Part shown: positions 47,200-59,228 of the stretch, piece after piece
How positions within the stretch are numbered: position 1 is the first letter of the stretch
Layout of the letters: the number at the start of each line of letters is the position of its first letter
Assembly (NCBI RefSeq): GCF_006345805.1
Contig: NC_043018.1
Coordinates: forward strand, 4,712,001-4,776,000
Source of the DNA: Octopus sinensis
Taxonomy: Eukaryota
Reading direction: 5' to 3'
Length of the DNA: 64,000 nucleotides
Position numbers and translations under genes: made by a program
The notes under the pieces: generated by a model
Database searches by the model: none
Told to the model about the DNA's origin: nothing
Seen by the model: only the letters and a program-made list of their open reading frames with translations

Positions 47200-47850
47200 C
47201 ATACACCAGTCATTCTAAGAGCGTATTGGGTACTTATATGTGCCATTAGTGTGACACTGGTATCTGCCATGACTACCATTCCACTTGGCTTGATGAATCT
47301 TCTTCTTAAGCATGACATAATGCCAAAGGTCACAGTGATTGCCTCCATGAGGCCAAACACTCAAAAGGAGCTTTTCATGTGCCACCAGCATCAACCACTT
47401 TGCCACTGTGAGACCTAACGCTCAAAAGCTGCTTTTTACATGCCACTGACATGACACCAGCATCAGCCATGACTACCATTCCACTTGGCTTGATGGGTCT
47501 TCTCAAGCTCAGCATATTGCCAAAGGTCTCGGTTACTAGTCATTGCCTCTGTGAGTTCCAAAGTTCAAAGATCATGCTTCACCACCTCATCCCATGTCTT
47601 CCTGGGTCTACCTCTACCACAGGTTCCCTCCACAGAGATTGGCACTTCTTTACACAGCTCTCCGCATCTATACAGATCTCATGACCATACCAGCGCAGTC
47701 ATCTCTCTTGCACACCACTTCTGATTCCTCTTATGCCCAACTTTTCTCCCAAGATGACATTGCACATCCAGCGAAGCACACTGGCTTCATTTCTTTCAAG
47801 CCTATGCATGTCCTCGGCTTTCACAGCCCATGTTTCACTGCGTTGTAGCA
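47200..47850 (-). mobile_element. Older 3' fragment of the same RTE family with a duplicated 3' UTR segment
   Basis: SETWAVKAEDMHRLERNEASVLRWMCNV, LRWYGHE, NRDLWQYA; a similar 3' end lies near 61520..61690(-). Confidence 0.75.
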
Positions 47851-48129
47851 TACCTATGTCATCATCATCATCATCGTCATAATTATTTAATGTATGCCTT
47901 CCATGCTGGCATGGGTTGGATGGTTTGACAGGAACCAGCCAGGCAGTAGACAACACCGGGCTACTGTATTTGTTTTGGCATGGTTGTTACTGCTGGATGC
48001 CATTCATTCCTAACACTAACCACTCTGCAGAATGTGTATCTGTGTGTGTGTGTGTGTATACCCTATCTTAAAAGTTACCCAATAGGCCAGCATTTAAGTA
48101 ACTGACCCTGAATGGGAAGATCTGCAAAC

Positions 48130-48400
48130 AAATCTCTGACTTTATTTACATTTGATCATGTCTTCCTGCACCTAATTTTTATTCTGGAAACAATACTTTC
48201 AGAATATTCTCCACAATTGCTAATTTGGTCACCTAGGTAATAGCAACTATCTACAACCTCAAGACTGCTTCCTGGGCATTTGAGAGAATCTAAGTCCCAT
48301 GTACTCTTGGTGCTTATTGTTCTTGCACATCTGCCACATACGAAATGGAGATCTCTGACTTGTTTTGGAGAATTTGTTGGAATTGCTTCCTCCAGAGTCA
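48130..48400 (-). mobile_element. Diverged RTE RT fragment
   Basis: FVCGRCARTI...LEVVDSCYYLGDQIS matches the 43102 ORF region. Confidence 0.65.
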
Positions 48401-48489
48401 TATCCCAATAATGATCAAATTCATCGCTAAAAATCATGTAAAAAGCATTGCCAAAAGCTATCACAGTAATGGAAACATAGGAATCCAAA

Positions 48490-48755
48490 ATTTCAGGATT
48501 GAGGGTCCGGATTCAGCCCGGAATGTTTTTAATTTACTCACAGAGTTAGCCTTTAGATTATAAAAATTGATATTGTACAAAAAAATTTGTCCCAAAAGTC
48601 ACATAAAATAATTGTGGGTCTGGATTTGGCCTGTAATGTTTTTAATTTACTCAGAGTCAGCCTGATTGCAAAATGGTATGATATGTTGGGCTACGGACTT
48701 TTGGAGTAAAGTTGAAAAAGTGTGACACACTGACATCCACATTTATTATATTAGA
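48490..48755 (-). mobile_element. Helitron-like 5' terminal segment with internal direct repeat
   Basis: Minus strand begins A|TCTAATATAATAAATGTGG; AATGTTTTTAATTTACTCA motif occurs twice. Confidence 0.4.
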
Positions 48756-48854
48756 TGTGTTTGATTTTAGGGAAACTTTATTTCAATTAAAGCATATTTT
48801 ATATATGTGTGTGTGTATATAAATATATACTTATATATTTATATATATATATGC

Positions 48855-50611
48855 AGTCAGTTTAGATGAGATGCAGTTTCAGTTTGGGTTCTTGCCAGGG
48901 AAAAGCACCACTGATGCTATATTTCTGGTAAGACAGCTGCAGGAGAAATACCTAACCAAAGATAAGCCCCTGTACCTGGCTTTTGTTGACATGGAGAAAG
49001 CCTTCGACAGGGTCACACTATCCCTTATCTGATGGTCAATGAAGAAACTAGGGATAGATGAATGGTTAGTGAGAGCTGTGCGAGCCATGTACAGGGACGT
49101 CGTCAGTAAGGTGAGGGTTGGCAACGAGTACAGTGAAGAATTCCTGGTAGAAGTAGGGATCCACCAAGGTTTAGTCCTCAGTCCCCTCCTATTTATCATA
49201 GTTCTCCAGGCAATAACAGAGGAATTCAAGACAGGATGCCCCTGGGAGCTCCTCTATGCTGATGACATTGCTCTAATTGCTGAGTCACTATCAGAACTAG
49301 AGGAGAAGTTTCAGGTGTGGAAGCAAGGTCTAGAATCGAAGGGCCTTAGAGTCAACCTAGCTAAAACCAAAGTCCTAATAAGTAGGAAGGTTGAAAAATC
49401 ACAAACCCCTTCAGGTAGATGGCACTGCTCAATCTGTAGAAAAGGCATTTGTAGAAACTCCATAAGATGTACCCAGTGTAAGCTATAGATACATAAGAGG
49501 TGCAGCAATGTCAAAGGAAGGCTAACTAAGAAGATAGTTTTTGTATGTGGCAGATGCTCAGGAGCAATAAACACTGAAAACGTGCAGAGAACAACTTCTG
49601 CCACATTCCAGGGAGAAAAACTAGAAGTAGTTGATAGCTTCTGTTACCTAGGTGACTAAGTCAGTAGCGGAGGCGAGTGTGCTGAAAGTGTAACTGCTAA
49701 AATAAAAATAGCCTGAGCAAAGTTCAGAGAGCTCTCACCTCTGCTGGTGACAAAAGGCCTCTTGCTCAGAGTAAAAGGCAGACTGTATGATGCATGTGTA
49801 CGAACAGCCATGCTACATGGCAGTGAAACATGAGCTGTGACTGCTGAGGAGATGCGTACGCTCGCAAGGAATGAAGCCAGTATGATCCGATGGATGCGTA
49901 ATGTCAGTATACATACTCGACAGAGTGTAAGTACCTTGAGAGAAAAGTTGGACCTAAGAAGCATCAGTTGTGATGTGCAAGAGAGACGATTGCACTGGCA
50001 TGGTCATGTGGTGAGAATGGATGAAGATAGTTGTGTGAAAAAGTGCTACACCCTAGTGGTTGAAGGAACCTGTGGAAGAGGTAGATCCAGGAAGACCTGG
50101 GACAAGGTGGTGAAATACAACCTTCGAACATTAGGCCTCACCGAGGCAATGACTAGTGACTGAGACCTTTGGAAATATGCTGTGCATGAGAAGACCCGGC
50201 AGGACAAGTGAGTCCATAACCCATGGCCTTTGCCAGGGATATAGCCAGCCCACTTATGCATACCTTACCTTCTTTGGACACAAAACTCTGCTTGCGAAGA
50301 CCTGTTGAGGCAAGTGAAATCGAAATTGAATTCGAAATCGAACCAGATTCGACGACTGGCACCCATGCCAACCTCCCTTCATTGGACGCTATGCTCTTGC
50401 CAGAACTGACGTCACTTGTGCTTGTGCCATGTAAAAAGCACCAAACCCACTCTGCTGGGTGGTTGGTGTTAGGAAGGGCATCCAGCTGTAAAAACCATGT
50501 CAAAACAGTCACAGAAGTCTGGTGCAGTCTTTGGTTTGGCCAGCTCCTGTCAAATCGTCCCATCCATGCCAGCATGGAAGGCAGACATTAAGCAATGATG
50601 ATGATGATGAT
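48855..50611 (+). mobile_element. Second, more truncated and decayed copy of the 42728 RTE
   Basis: Highly similar RT sequence with in-frame stops; same terminal tail and (TGA)n but no expanded minisatellite. Confidence 0.92.
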
Positions 50612-50714
50612 TAAATTTAGTTTACAAAATTTATTTCCACGTTAAGGAGGAAAGAAAAATCTGATCCTTGTTAGCAGGTAAGGCAAAAGATAAGGACATG
50701 TTATGAAGGACATT

Positions 50715-51527
50715 TCAAATTGTTAGAACAATTCCACCAAAAATGCCTTCATCACATTTTAAACATTAAATGGAGTTCTTTTACTCCAAACACAGATGTC
50801 CTTGCATCTGCAGGCATCACCTCAATTAAAGCTATGGTTTTGAGGAACCAAATGAGATGGTGTGGCCATATTGTTCGAATGGCAAATGAACGCACGCCCA
50901 AACAGCTGTTTTATGGTGAGCAAGCGGAAGGGAAACGATATCGGCATAAACCTAAAAAAATGTTTAAGGACAGTATTAGCACTACTATGAAGTCACTTGG
51001 AATGGATCCAGAGGACATAGAAACCCTTGCTTCGGATTGAGCTGGATGGCGAACAAAAGTGTGGAGTGGAGTGAAAGAGTTTGAAGAGGCCAGGATTACG
51101 CATGCAAGACTCAAGAGAGATCTAAGGAAGAATGTAACGATTGAGAAGGTGAATCACAATGACCCCTTTTTGTGAGCATAGTTTGTGACAGACCCTGCCT
51201 TTCTTTTGCTGGGCTCAAATCTCATTTGCAAACCCACAGAAAATGAACCTCCACCAACTATTCTGCCTATATGTCTATACACACCTTTGAATGCAGTGTA
51301 TGCCAGAGGGTTTGCAAATCTAACGGAGGCCTCAAAAGACATTTTAAGATCCACAAAGATCAAAATTTATCTGAAACTCTTGGTAATCCAAATCAGACAT
51401 GCAATCTTTGTGGGTGTCTTTTCAGAACATTGTCTGGTTTAAAAAGCCGCATCAGATGCCATGATGATTCTAAAATGTAGATACAAGAGGTGGTCAAACT
51501 CTGCATAAGGAGTAGACAACCACCATA
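50715..51527 (+). mobile_element. RTE (BovB-like) 3' relic with up to three C-terminal C2H2 fingers
   Basis: LEQFHQKCL..ILNIKW, RWCGHIVRM..RTPKQLFYGE; fingers: broken C..AGLKSHLQTH, FECSVCQRVCKSNGGLKRHFKIH, TCNLCGCLFRTLSGLKSRIRCH. Confidence 0.82.
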
Positions 51528-52355
51528 TATATATATGAACAGATTTATAAAGAGTTTTGCCCAATAGTAATTTGAACAATAGAAATAAAGAAATTAAAGA
51601 AGCTAAGGGAGAGGATTCATATGGCATGGGGTTTGATAAAATGACGCATGTAAAAATATTCCAAATTAATTGAAATTAACACATTATATGCAAAACGTAA
51701 GCAAAGGCCTAATGGTAATTGTGGATTTCTAGGGGAAGGGGAGATAATTTGAAATATTTATGCGATGAAAAAAAAAAGCAATGACAATTATCTTCATTTT
51801 TGCAAGCATGGCAGATAATTCTGGAAATGCTTCTATATTACGGGACCTCCTCAGTGGTGCATTAACTTTACTATAAAGGCCAAAGTATCGACGATATTCG
51901 TGTAGATTTTTGTGTACACGACGAATTGCGAACAATTAGCTAATTAAAAAATGATTAACTGAGATTAATTTGACAGAGGCCCCATCTGCATGATAAACAA
52001 TAGTTAAGCTGTGTTAACACATTCGATATAGTTTAAGGGTGGGCAGTAACTGATTAAAACAAATTACACAATGTAGCGGGGACACTACTGTCCTGTTAGA
52101 TAACCTTTCTTGTGGAGGACGACATGAGAAAACACTCATTCCACGTTGACGCTGTAAAACGATTTGTTATTGAATGGGCATCGAGCTGTGAGAATACGTT
52201 AAAACATAACAGTTACATCAACGAAAAATCCTGGTTGCTTATACAAGCCATCTTTGCACACTCGTCGGCTGCCAACAACTCTCTTCCTTTCCGATGTAGA
52301 AAATAGATGTCAAACAACCAAAAACGACATTAAAAAAAGATGATAAATAAATAAA

Positions 52356-52689
52356 TACTCCTTTACTTGTTTCAGTCATTTGACTGTGGCCATGCTGGAC
52401 CCCGGGACTTACTCTTTTGTAAGCCCAGTACTTATTCTATCGTTCTCTTTTGCCGAACCGCTAAGTAGGGGGACAAACACAGACACACAAACACACACAC
52501 GCATATATATATATACATACATACGACGGGCTTCTTTCAGATTCCGTCTACCAAATCCACTCACAAGGCTTTGGTCGGCCCGAGGCTATAGTAGAAGACA
52601 CTTGCCCAAGATGCCACGCAGTGGGACTGAAACCGGAACGATGTGGTTGGTAAGCAAGCTACTTACCACACAGCCACTCCTGCGCCTAT
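52356..52689 (-). mobile_element. Full-length SINE family A copy with CpGs retained
   Basis: Minus strand ATAGGCGCAGGAGTGGCTGTGTGGTAAG...GGTTTCAGTCCCACTGCGTGGC...CATGGCCACAGTCAAATGACTGAAACAAG. Confidence 0.85.
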
Positions 52690-55600
52690 ACGAAAAAAAA
52701 AAAATAAAATAAAAACAATAGATGTGACTCCAAGAAGGAACCCTGAATGTCAGTCAATTTCTTTATTAACGATGAGGTTGAGAAAAAGAGGGGACGATAC
52801 GAGGACAGACAAAACAAACATTGGAGTCAGGGTATCGAATGAGACGAAACGAATGAATAAACAATTAAAATATATACAATTAAGTGAGAATGAGTGATTT
52901 ACAAAAAAATGAAGCGGAGGACGTTGTCGACCCCACAACCCACATATAGGCAAACTACAGCCGACAGGACTGCCTACATGGCACGTCTAACAAAAAATTA
53001 TCTTTAAGTAGCGCAGTCAACTTCTCGAAAAAAGTTACCTATGCCAATTGTACATGATTACCTAATTAACTAGAAATGCCCCCCACCCAATTTCTCTTTA
53101 ATATTACTCCTTCGGGTTCGTTGCACATAAAGGTTATGGCTAGAATGTTTTGAACATGGCTCGATTTGGGATAATCATGGAGTGAAGAACAAGGGACATA
53201 AAAATCAAAACAAAAGTAATTCATCTATCGCAGTAAATTAGAACCATGATCCTTAGAGTCATTATCTTTATTTAATTAATTTGCAAGGGTATGAATTACC
53301 AAAACTTTAAAAAAACGAAGCAAAAACTAAAGAAAAAATGTATATATATATATATAAGATTTATTTCACAATATGCGAACAATAGCGTCCTTAGTTACCG
53401 GTTTCCAACAGACCAACCAATCACTGCTTCCCTTTATTTCTGACGGCAGGAGTGACTAATCCAATATAAGGAACTTCGGTGTTTAAGCACCGCTTTTTTG
53501 TTTGTTTGTTTGTTTTAACCATGCAAGGTACGCACATCCAGGTACGCGCATACAGGTGCACACATTTATTAATCGTGGATGGAACCTAAATCCACATGGT
53601 TGGAAACTGATCGTGTTATCCACGCAGTTACCTAATTTTTCATTTCAAATCGAATAGAGTCTTTAGAGCGTCAAGAAAAAGAGATAACGGGACTTAATTG
53701 CGACCCTAAACGTTCAAATACTACCGAGTTGGCTTTAGTTTGCATCCTTCTATGTTCGAAAAATAAAGGACCGTTTAAGTATTGGCATTGGTTTATTTTT
53801 CATAGTCGTTGGAACGAAACTCTTATAAAAGGCAAAGATCTTACATCGACGCAAACCTATGAAGCCAGGCTATACAAATGTTTCACTTGTTTCTTAACTG
53901 TATTAATTCAGGGTAAGTCGGTATGATCTAAAGAGAAAATCCAAACCTGGTCGTGGAAGACGAATAAGGCGATGGATTGGCAAAGATGCCAATGCACTGG
54001 GCTGACTGGTTGCCGGTATTCAAGTTATGGAACTTTTCGTTCGGAATTCGAATCCTGTCCATAAACATAATACTAATCAAGTCCCGAGACGATTTATATT
54101 CCTCTAAAGTATCCTAGGTGTGAATGGAATTATATTAAAAGAATAAAACGGAAATTGGGTTGTCAGAACCTGGAACAAGTCGGACATTTCTTTTGGCTGT
54201 TGGTTCTAAGTTCAAATTCTACCGAGGTCGACTTTACCGTTCATCGATAAAAGGGGTCGATCTAATCGACTACCCCTCCCCTCACCCAAGATTTCAGGCA
54301 TTGTGCTTATAGTAGAAAGCAAAAGTTATAATTTAAAAAAAATTATTTTACGGTTTCGGTCATACTGCGGGGCATCTTCGGTAAATGTCATTTTCTATAA
54401 CCTCGTGTCGACCTTGCAAGTGAAATTGGAAAGACGGAGACTGTAAAGAAGCCCGTCAGGTGTAATGGAAACGGCGCATCTTTGTTAAAATTGTGTCACG
54501 CTGATTTTCGGTGAGAATTATTTTAAGGGTACAACGTGTGTGTGTGCGGAATACTCAGCCACCTTCACATTAATTCAGGAGCAGATAATTCAGTTAATCG
54601 AATAACTGAATCCTCTTTGTCAAACGACGAAGATCCACTACCATCATCATCATCATCAACACTATTGTTAAGATCTGCGAGATCACAATTACGCTCTCCT
54701 ATCATGGAAGACCAGAAATGACAGCACTTTTCAATTTCTTTTATTATTTATTTTCCATGTGTCTCTTTCAATGGAAAAACAAAATCTGGAGAGACTCTGA
54801 ATACTTTTAAAATTCTTCCCACTGATGCCAACTATCTTATCAATCACTAATTATAATTTTTTCTAATTATTAAAATTATCTAATTAAGCACCTTCCAGTC
54901 CAAAGAAAGGTAACAGTCCTTGCCTAGAGAGTTCCTCCTCCTCGTTTATGGTGAAGCAAGGCGGGATGTGAGGCTGTTCTCTTCGGCTTGGCATTTCGTC
55001 TTCATCGTTCGCACGAATTCACCTACTTTTCCCCTCTGATATACACATAGAGTTATATTTTTTTGTTTTATATCAACCTCACAATAGTGGACGGAAATAC
55101 TGGACAACAAAGAAGGCCTGGTCGTTCTCTTCCATCTCTCCAAACTGCAGCTGTCCTCCGTCAACAACCACCGCCACCGCTCAATCTAATCTGAAGCATT
55201 CATAATATACCGGATACCATCAATTCAGTGAGTTTACATTCGTTTCTTCCTTTCTCCTCAACATTTACCTTTTAAATGCGTTGTTATTTAACACCGAACC
55301 GTGCAATCGGCCGACACACGGAAAACAGAGTTTAACCCAAAAGCAAAACTCATTTCCTTTCTCCATTCTAATCCATCTTTGTCTTTTCAAACAATTCCTT
55401 TGTTTTAATATCATTTTAAATATATACGACGCCTCTTATTTCTTCTTAAGTTCGTTAGTATTTTAATATGTTCGTTATTATATATTTAATAGAAATAACA
55501 CGCCTCGACCATTCATTTCCTTGTCGAGCTTTATTTCTTTTCGATTTTCTTACATCACCTCGTCTTTTCTTTCTCTTCGTGTAGTTTATTTGTACGAAGA

Positions 55601-55747
55601 ATACAGAAGAAAAGAAATTTTTTAATCAAAAACCCCAAAGTCTACGAGATTGAGTGATCGAGCGAAAGGATAAGAAAAGAAAGATTTTTTTAAAGATCGA
55701 TCAAAAGAAAAGCACACACACACACAAAAACATCTGAAAATCTTGAA

Positions 55748-55889
55748 ATGGCCAGTCGTAATGGTAAATTGTCGACCTTGATGCAATACCAATTCACCAA
55801 GACGGACAAAGAGAAGCTTACACGAAATGCATCTGATGTTAACGATGACGATGCCAAATATCAGTCTGAAGACGATCAATCGAGCTCAG
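55748..55889 (+). CDS. Probable first coding exon of an unidentified gene (MASRNGKLSTLMQYQFTKTDKEKLTRNASDVNDDDAKYQSEDDQSSS, phase 1)
   Basis: gaaATGG start, 47 codons of non-repetitive hydrophilic sequence, strong CAG|GTAAGA donor, CpG-rich upstream region; no downstream exon recognised. Confidence 0.55.
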
Positions 55890-56045
55890 GTAAGATTTTA
55901 ATTGATAAAACTACATTGAAAATATGTAAACTCTACCTTCCTCTCACACACACACATTGCCTATGTAAATGTATGTATATATGTATACATATTTATATAT
56001 ATATATACACACACACACACATCATGCTACAGCACAGTATATATA

Positions 56046-56079
<34 letters not shown>

Positions 56080-56201
56080 TGTACTGTAGCATGACCGAAA
56101 CCTATAATATATATATATGCGTGTGGTGTGTGTGAAACTTCATGTTTACAAACGGAAAGGAAGTACTCAGTATTCACTGCATAGCATTGAATTGCATATT
56201 G

Positions 56202-56234
<33 letters not shown>

Positions 56235-58191
56235 ATATATATTTACGATCTGGTGTAAAAAAAACTTAAGGACAGCACATATATATATATATGTGTGTGC
56301 TGTCCTTTTTTACACCAGGTCGTGAATTTAGTGAGCTAAATATTCATGCCGCTGTAATGAATTTGCTATATCTATCGGTAGTGTGTGTGTGATGAGAAAC
56401 GTATTACCTAATTAGTGTTGTTATGTACCAAAGTAATTTACAAGTCACGTGTGTTTATATTTTTATGTGTTGGTCATTGCTGTGTCAAACTTAGGTCAGC
56501 TCTGGCCTGACTGGAGGATCTATGTTTAAAAGACGTTCCCGCTGTGACCATCTAGTCTTGTTTTCAGATATCTATAACTTAGTCTATCCCTCGTGTGTTC
56601 TTCTTTGGATTGGCGGTAGTTTGAAATAGAGGTTTTGGTTGCTCTTTCTAGCATGTCGAACAATGACTTAGATGGTCTCCACTTCTGTAGTATTCAAATT
56701 TAGTTTAATTGTATCAACTAACAATTGTCTCTATATATATGTGTATGTATTGTTTTTGTGTGAAGTTATATATATAAAAGCAATTTAACATTAACTGAAG
56801 CATTTATTCTACACGTTTTTACAAGGAAAAGTTTGCTCGTGGTTTCCAAGTTTCGCCTTGCTCTCTGTCCTCAGACCATAAACCGAACTCATAGACGTGA
56901 CATAATGAGCTTATGATGTTGGAGATTTCTCTCGTTTTTTTCTCTTCTATGGGTTTCCAGAAAACACAGTGTGTCTGAGGAGTTATTAACACCCAGTTTC
57001 TTTCAGTGACATTCTTTTTATTAATGGCGGGACCTAATGAATGTTGGCTTGACAAATGAAGAGAAGAAAAACATCTTTTAAAGAGAATAATGGACACTTT
57101 GCTTTTAATATCTTTCTATATACTTTTTGATTTATGCATTATGTTAGTAGGCCTGGGTCCGTCGTCGACTCTGTAATAAATAATAAACTTCACTTTATAA
57201 AATTCTTTAAGAACTTTTTCTTAGTAAAAATTTATAAGTAACAGAAATGTCACTTAAGGTGAAGAAGTCTTTGAAGTTCCTATATGATTTGTTTAAAATG
57301 AATTCCAAGTTAAAAACTTATGGAAACTTCAGTTTAAAGGAAAATATTTTATTTATGGATGTAGGTAGGGTTAGGGGTAGGATACCTGGATTTTAGGGGT
57401 TGTATTTTGAATCGAATCTGAAGTAGCAATATTTTTCACATGACAACTTAACCACCGGTCAAAAATAGATTGAGAGAAAGTAAAAGGCAGTCATTTGGAT
57501 CTTTCTCGTTTTTATTATTGTTGAGTCTTTAATATTGCAACTTTTACTGGGGTTAAACTAACATTTCGAATTCCAGTGATGATATGTGTAGAGAAATATA
57601 TATGACCACCCCGGTGCATTAGCATGGCCGCAGCTCTGAGCTGAAACTACAAATATATATATATTTGGGTGTCTCGAGGGACAGGGGGGATTTTAAGTTT
57701 CCTGTTCATCCATTATTTGTCCTTTCTGTGTTAGCTCTTCGATTTTTGTTGTGTTTGATAAAAAAAGGAACTGAACATTCACTTGGCCAAATCATTTAAT
57801 AGCCTTGAAGGCATGATGGTCACTCAACCTCATTTCGATTCGACAAATTCGACGGTCCTTGGTTGGTCAGTGAGAATGAAATGTCCGCGACATCCGTCAT
57901 GCGTGTTCGATATCGACATAGAAGTCATTCATTAGACCTCAACTCAATTTGGTGTTGTGTCTCTTGAGAAAACACATCGGTGTCCGTCACCAACCCAATA
58001 ACCTTTCTTGGCTGCCTTCGATTGCTATGAAAATGAAATCTCACACCTTGTTTTATATATGTCTCTCTTTACCAGCAGCGGGTTAGGGTTATCAAGTTTT
58101 GTTAGGCCCTCTTCTGATGTGGCTTTGCAAGTCCCCCCCCTCCTTATCCATATGTTACTCTTATTTAACAAACATCGGTACTACTTGAGAA

Positions 58192-58394
58192 CAGTGGTCC
58201 CAGTGCGCGCACTCGCGCATCCGAACTAGCTAGTCATGACTAGTCGATCCTTACTTTGTGATTTTGTTTTATTTACTTTGTTTAACAAAAATTATTTATT
58301 TTGTGTTTTATTAACTTTGCTAGCTAGTCGTTGTAGGATCGACTAGTCACGACTAGCTAGCGCCACTACGCGAGTGCGCGCACCGGGACCACTG
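58192..58394. mobile_element. Tc1/mariner-type MITE, 203 bp, about 60-bp TIRs
   Basis: CAGTGGTCCCAGTGCGCGCACTCGCG... paired with ...CGCGAGTGCGCGCACCGGGACCACTG|TA; left flank reads AA rather than TA. Confidence 0.8.
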
Positions 58395-59039
58395 TACCCA
58401 AACATCGATAAATCAATCATATCCTTCCCCTTTCTGTTTAAATGTTCCAAACTTAACGAATGTTATTGTATTTACACACCTCGTGCGCGTTTATGTGACT
58501 ACGAAATACTTATATATACTTTATCCATCTACACACACATACCTTTGTATAGACCGGCGTTGGTTTTTTTACATACTATTAATAAATCTTGTGCCAATTA
58601 CATCCTTTTATTTTCTCTTTCGTGTTCGGTCTCGACTCTTAATCTTAAATGTCTATATATTTTATAATTGTATAATTTGCAACTTGCAGAACTATTAGTT
58701 AACAAAAGAGAAAAGGAAGTAACGACTTTGAATTTCCATGAATTATTATTTGTCATTAAAGATAAATCATGGAATAAATGTTCTTCTTTCTTTTAAAGTC
58801 TTTCAACCTGAGTCATTCGTCTGAGTTGGAATACATCCCGTCTTCGTCTTACTTTCTCTGTTCTGTAAGAAGTTGGCTTGTATTATACTGAGACTTCGTA
58901 AAGAATATATTTTGTTCTTATTACTTAATATTGTATATGCAGTGTCTGTCTATCTAACTATGGGTGGGCGAGATGTGTGTGTATATATTATATATATATA
59001 TATTTCTTTACTACCCACAAGGGGACAGACAAACGGATT

Positions 59040-59170
59040 AAGTCGATTACATCGAACCCAGTGCGTAACTGGTACTTAATTTATCGACCCCGAAAGGCAA
59101 AGTCGACCTTGGCGGAATTTGAACGGCTACGCATTTCGCCCGACGTGCTAACGTTTCTGCCAGCTCGCCT
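59040..59170 (-). mobile_element. SINE family C copy with CpGs retained and internal deletions
   Basis: Minus strand GGCGAGCTGGCAGAAACGTTAGCACGTCGGGCGAAATG...TTCGGGGTCGATAAATTAAG. Confidence 0.75.
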
Positions 59171-59177
59171 TTATATA

Positions 59178-59228
<51 letters not shown>

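Noticed and set aside
51729-51935. 68-aa minus-strand ORF as an exon of a hidden antisense gene
   Set aside because: The nearest acceptor puts a stop directly before this frame; no donor or homology recognised
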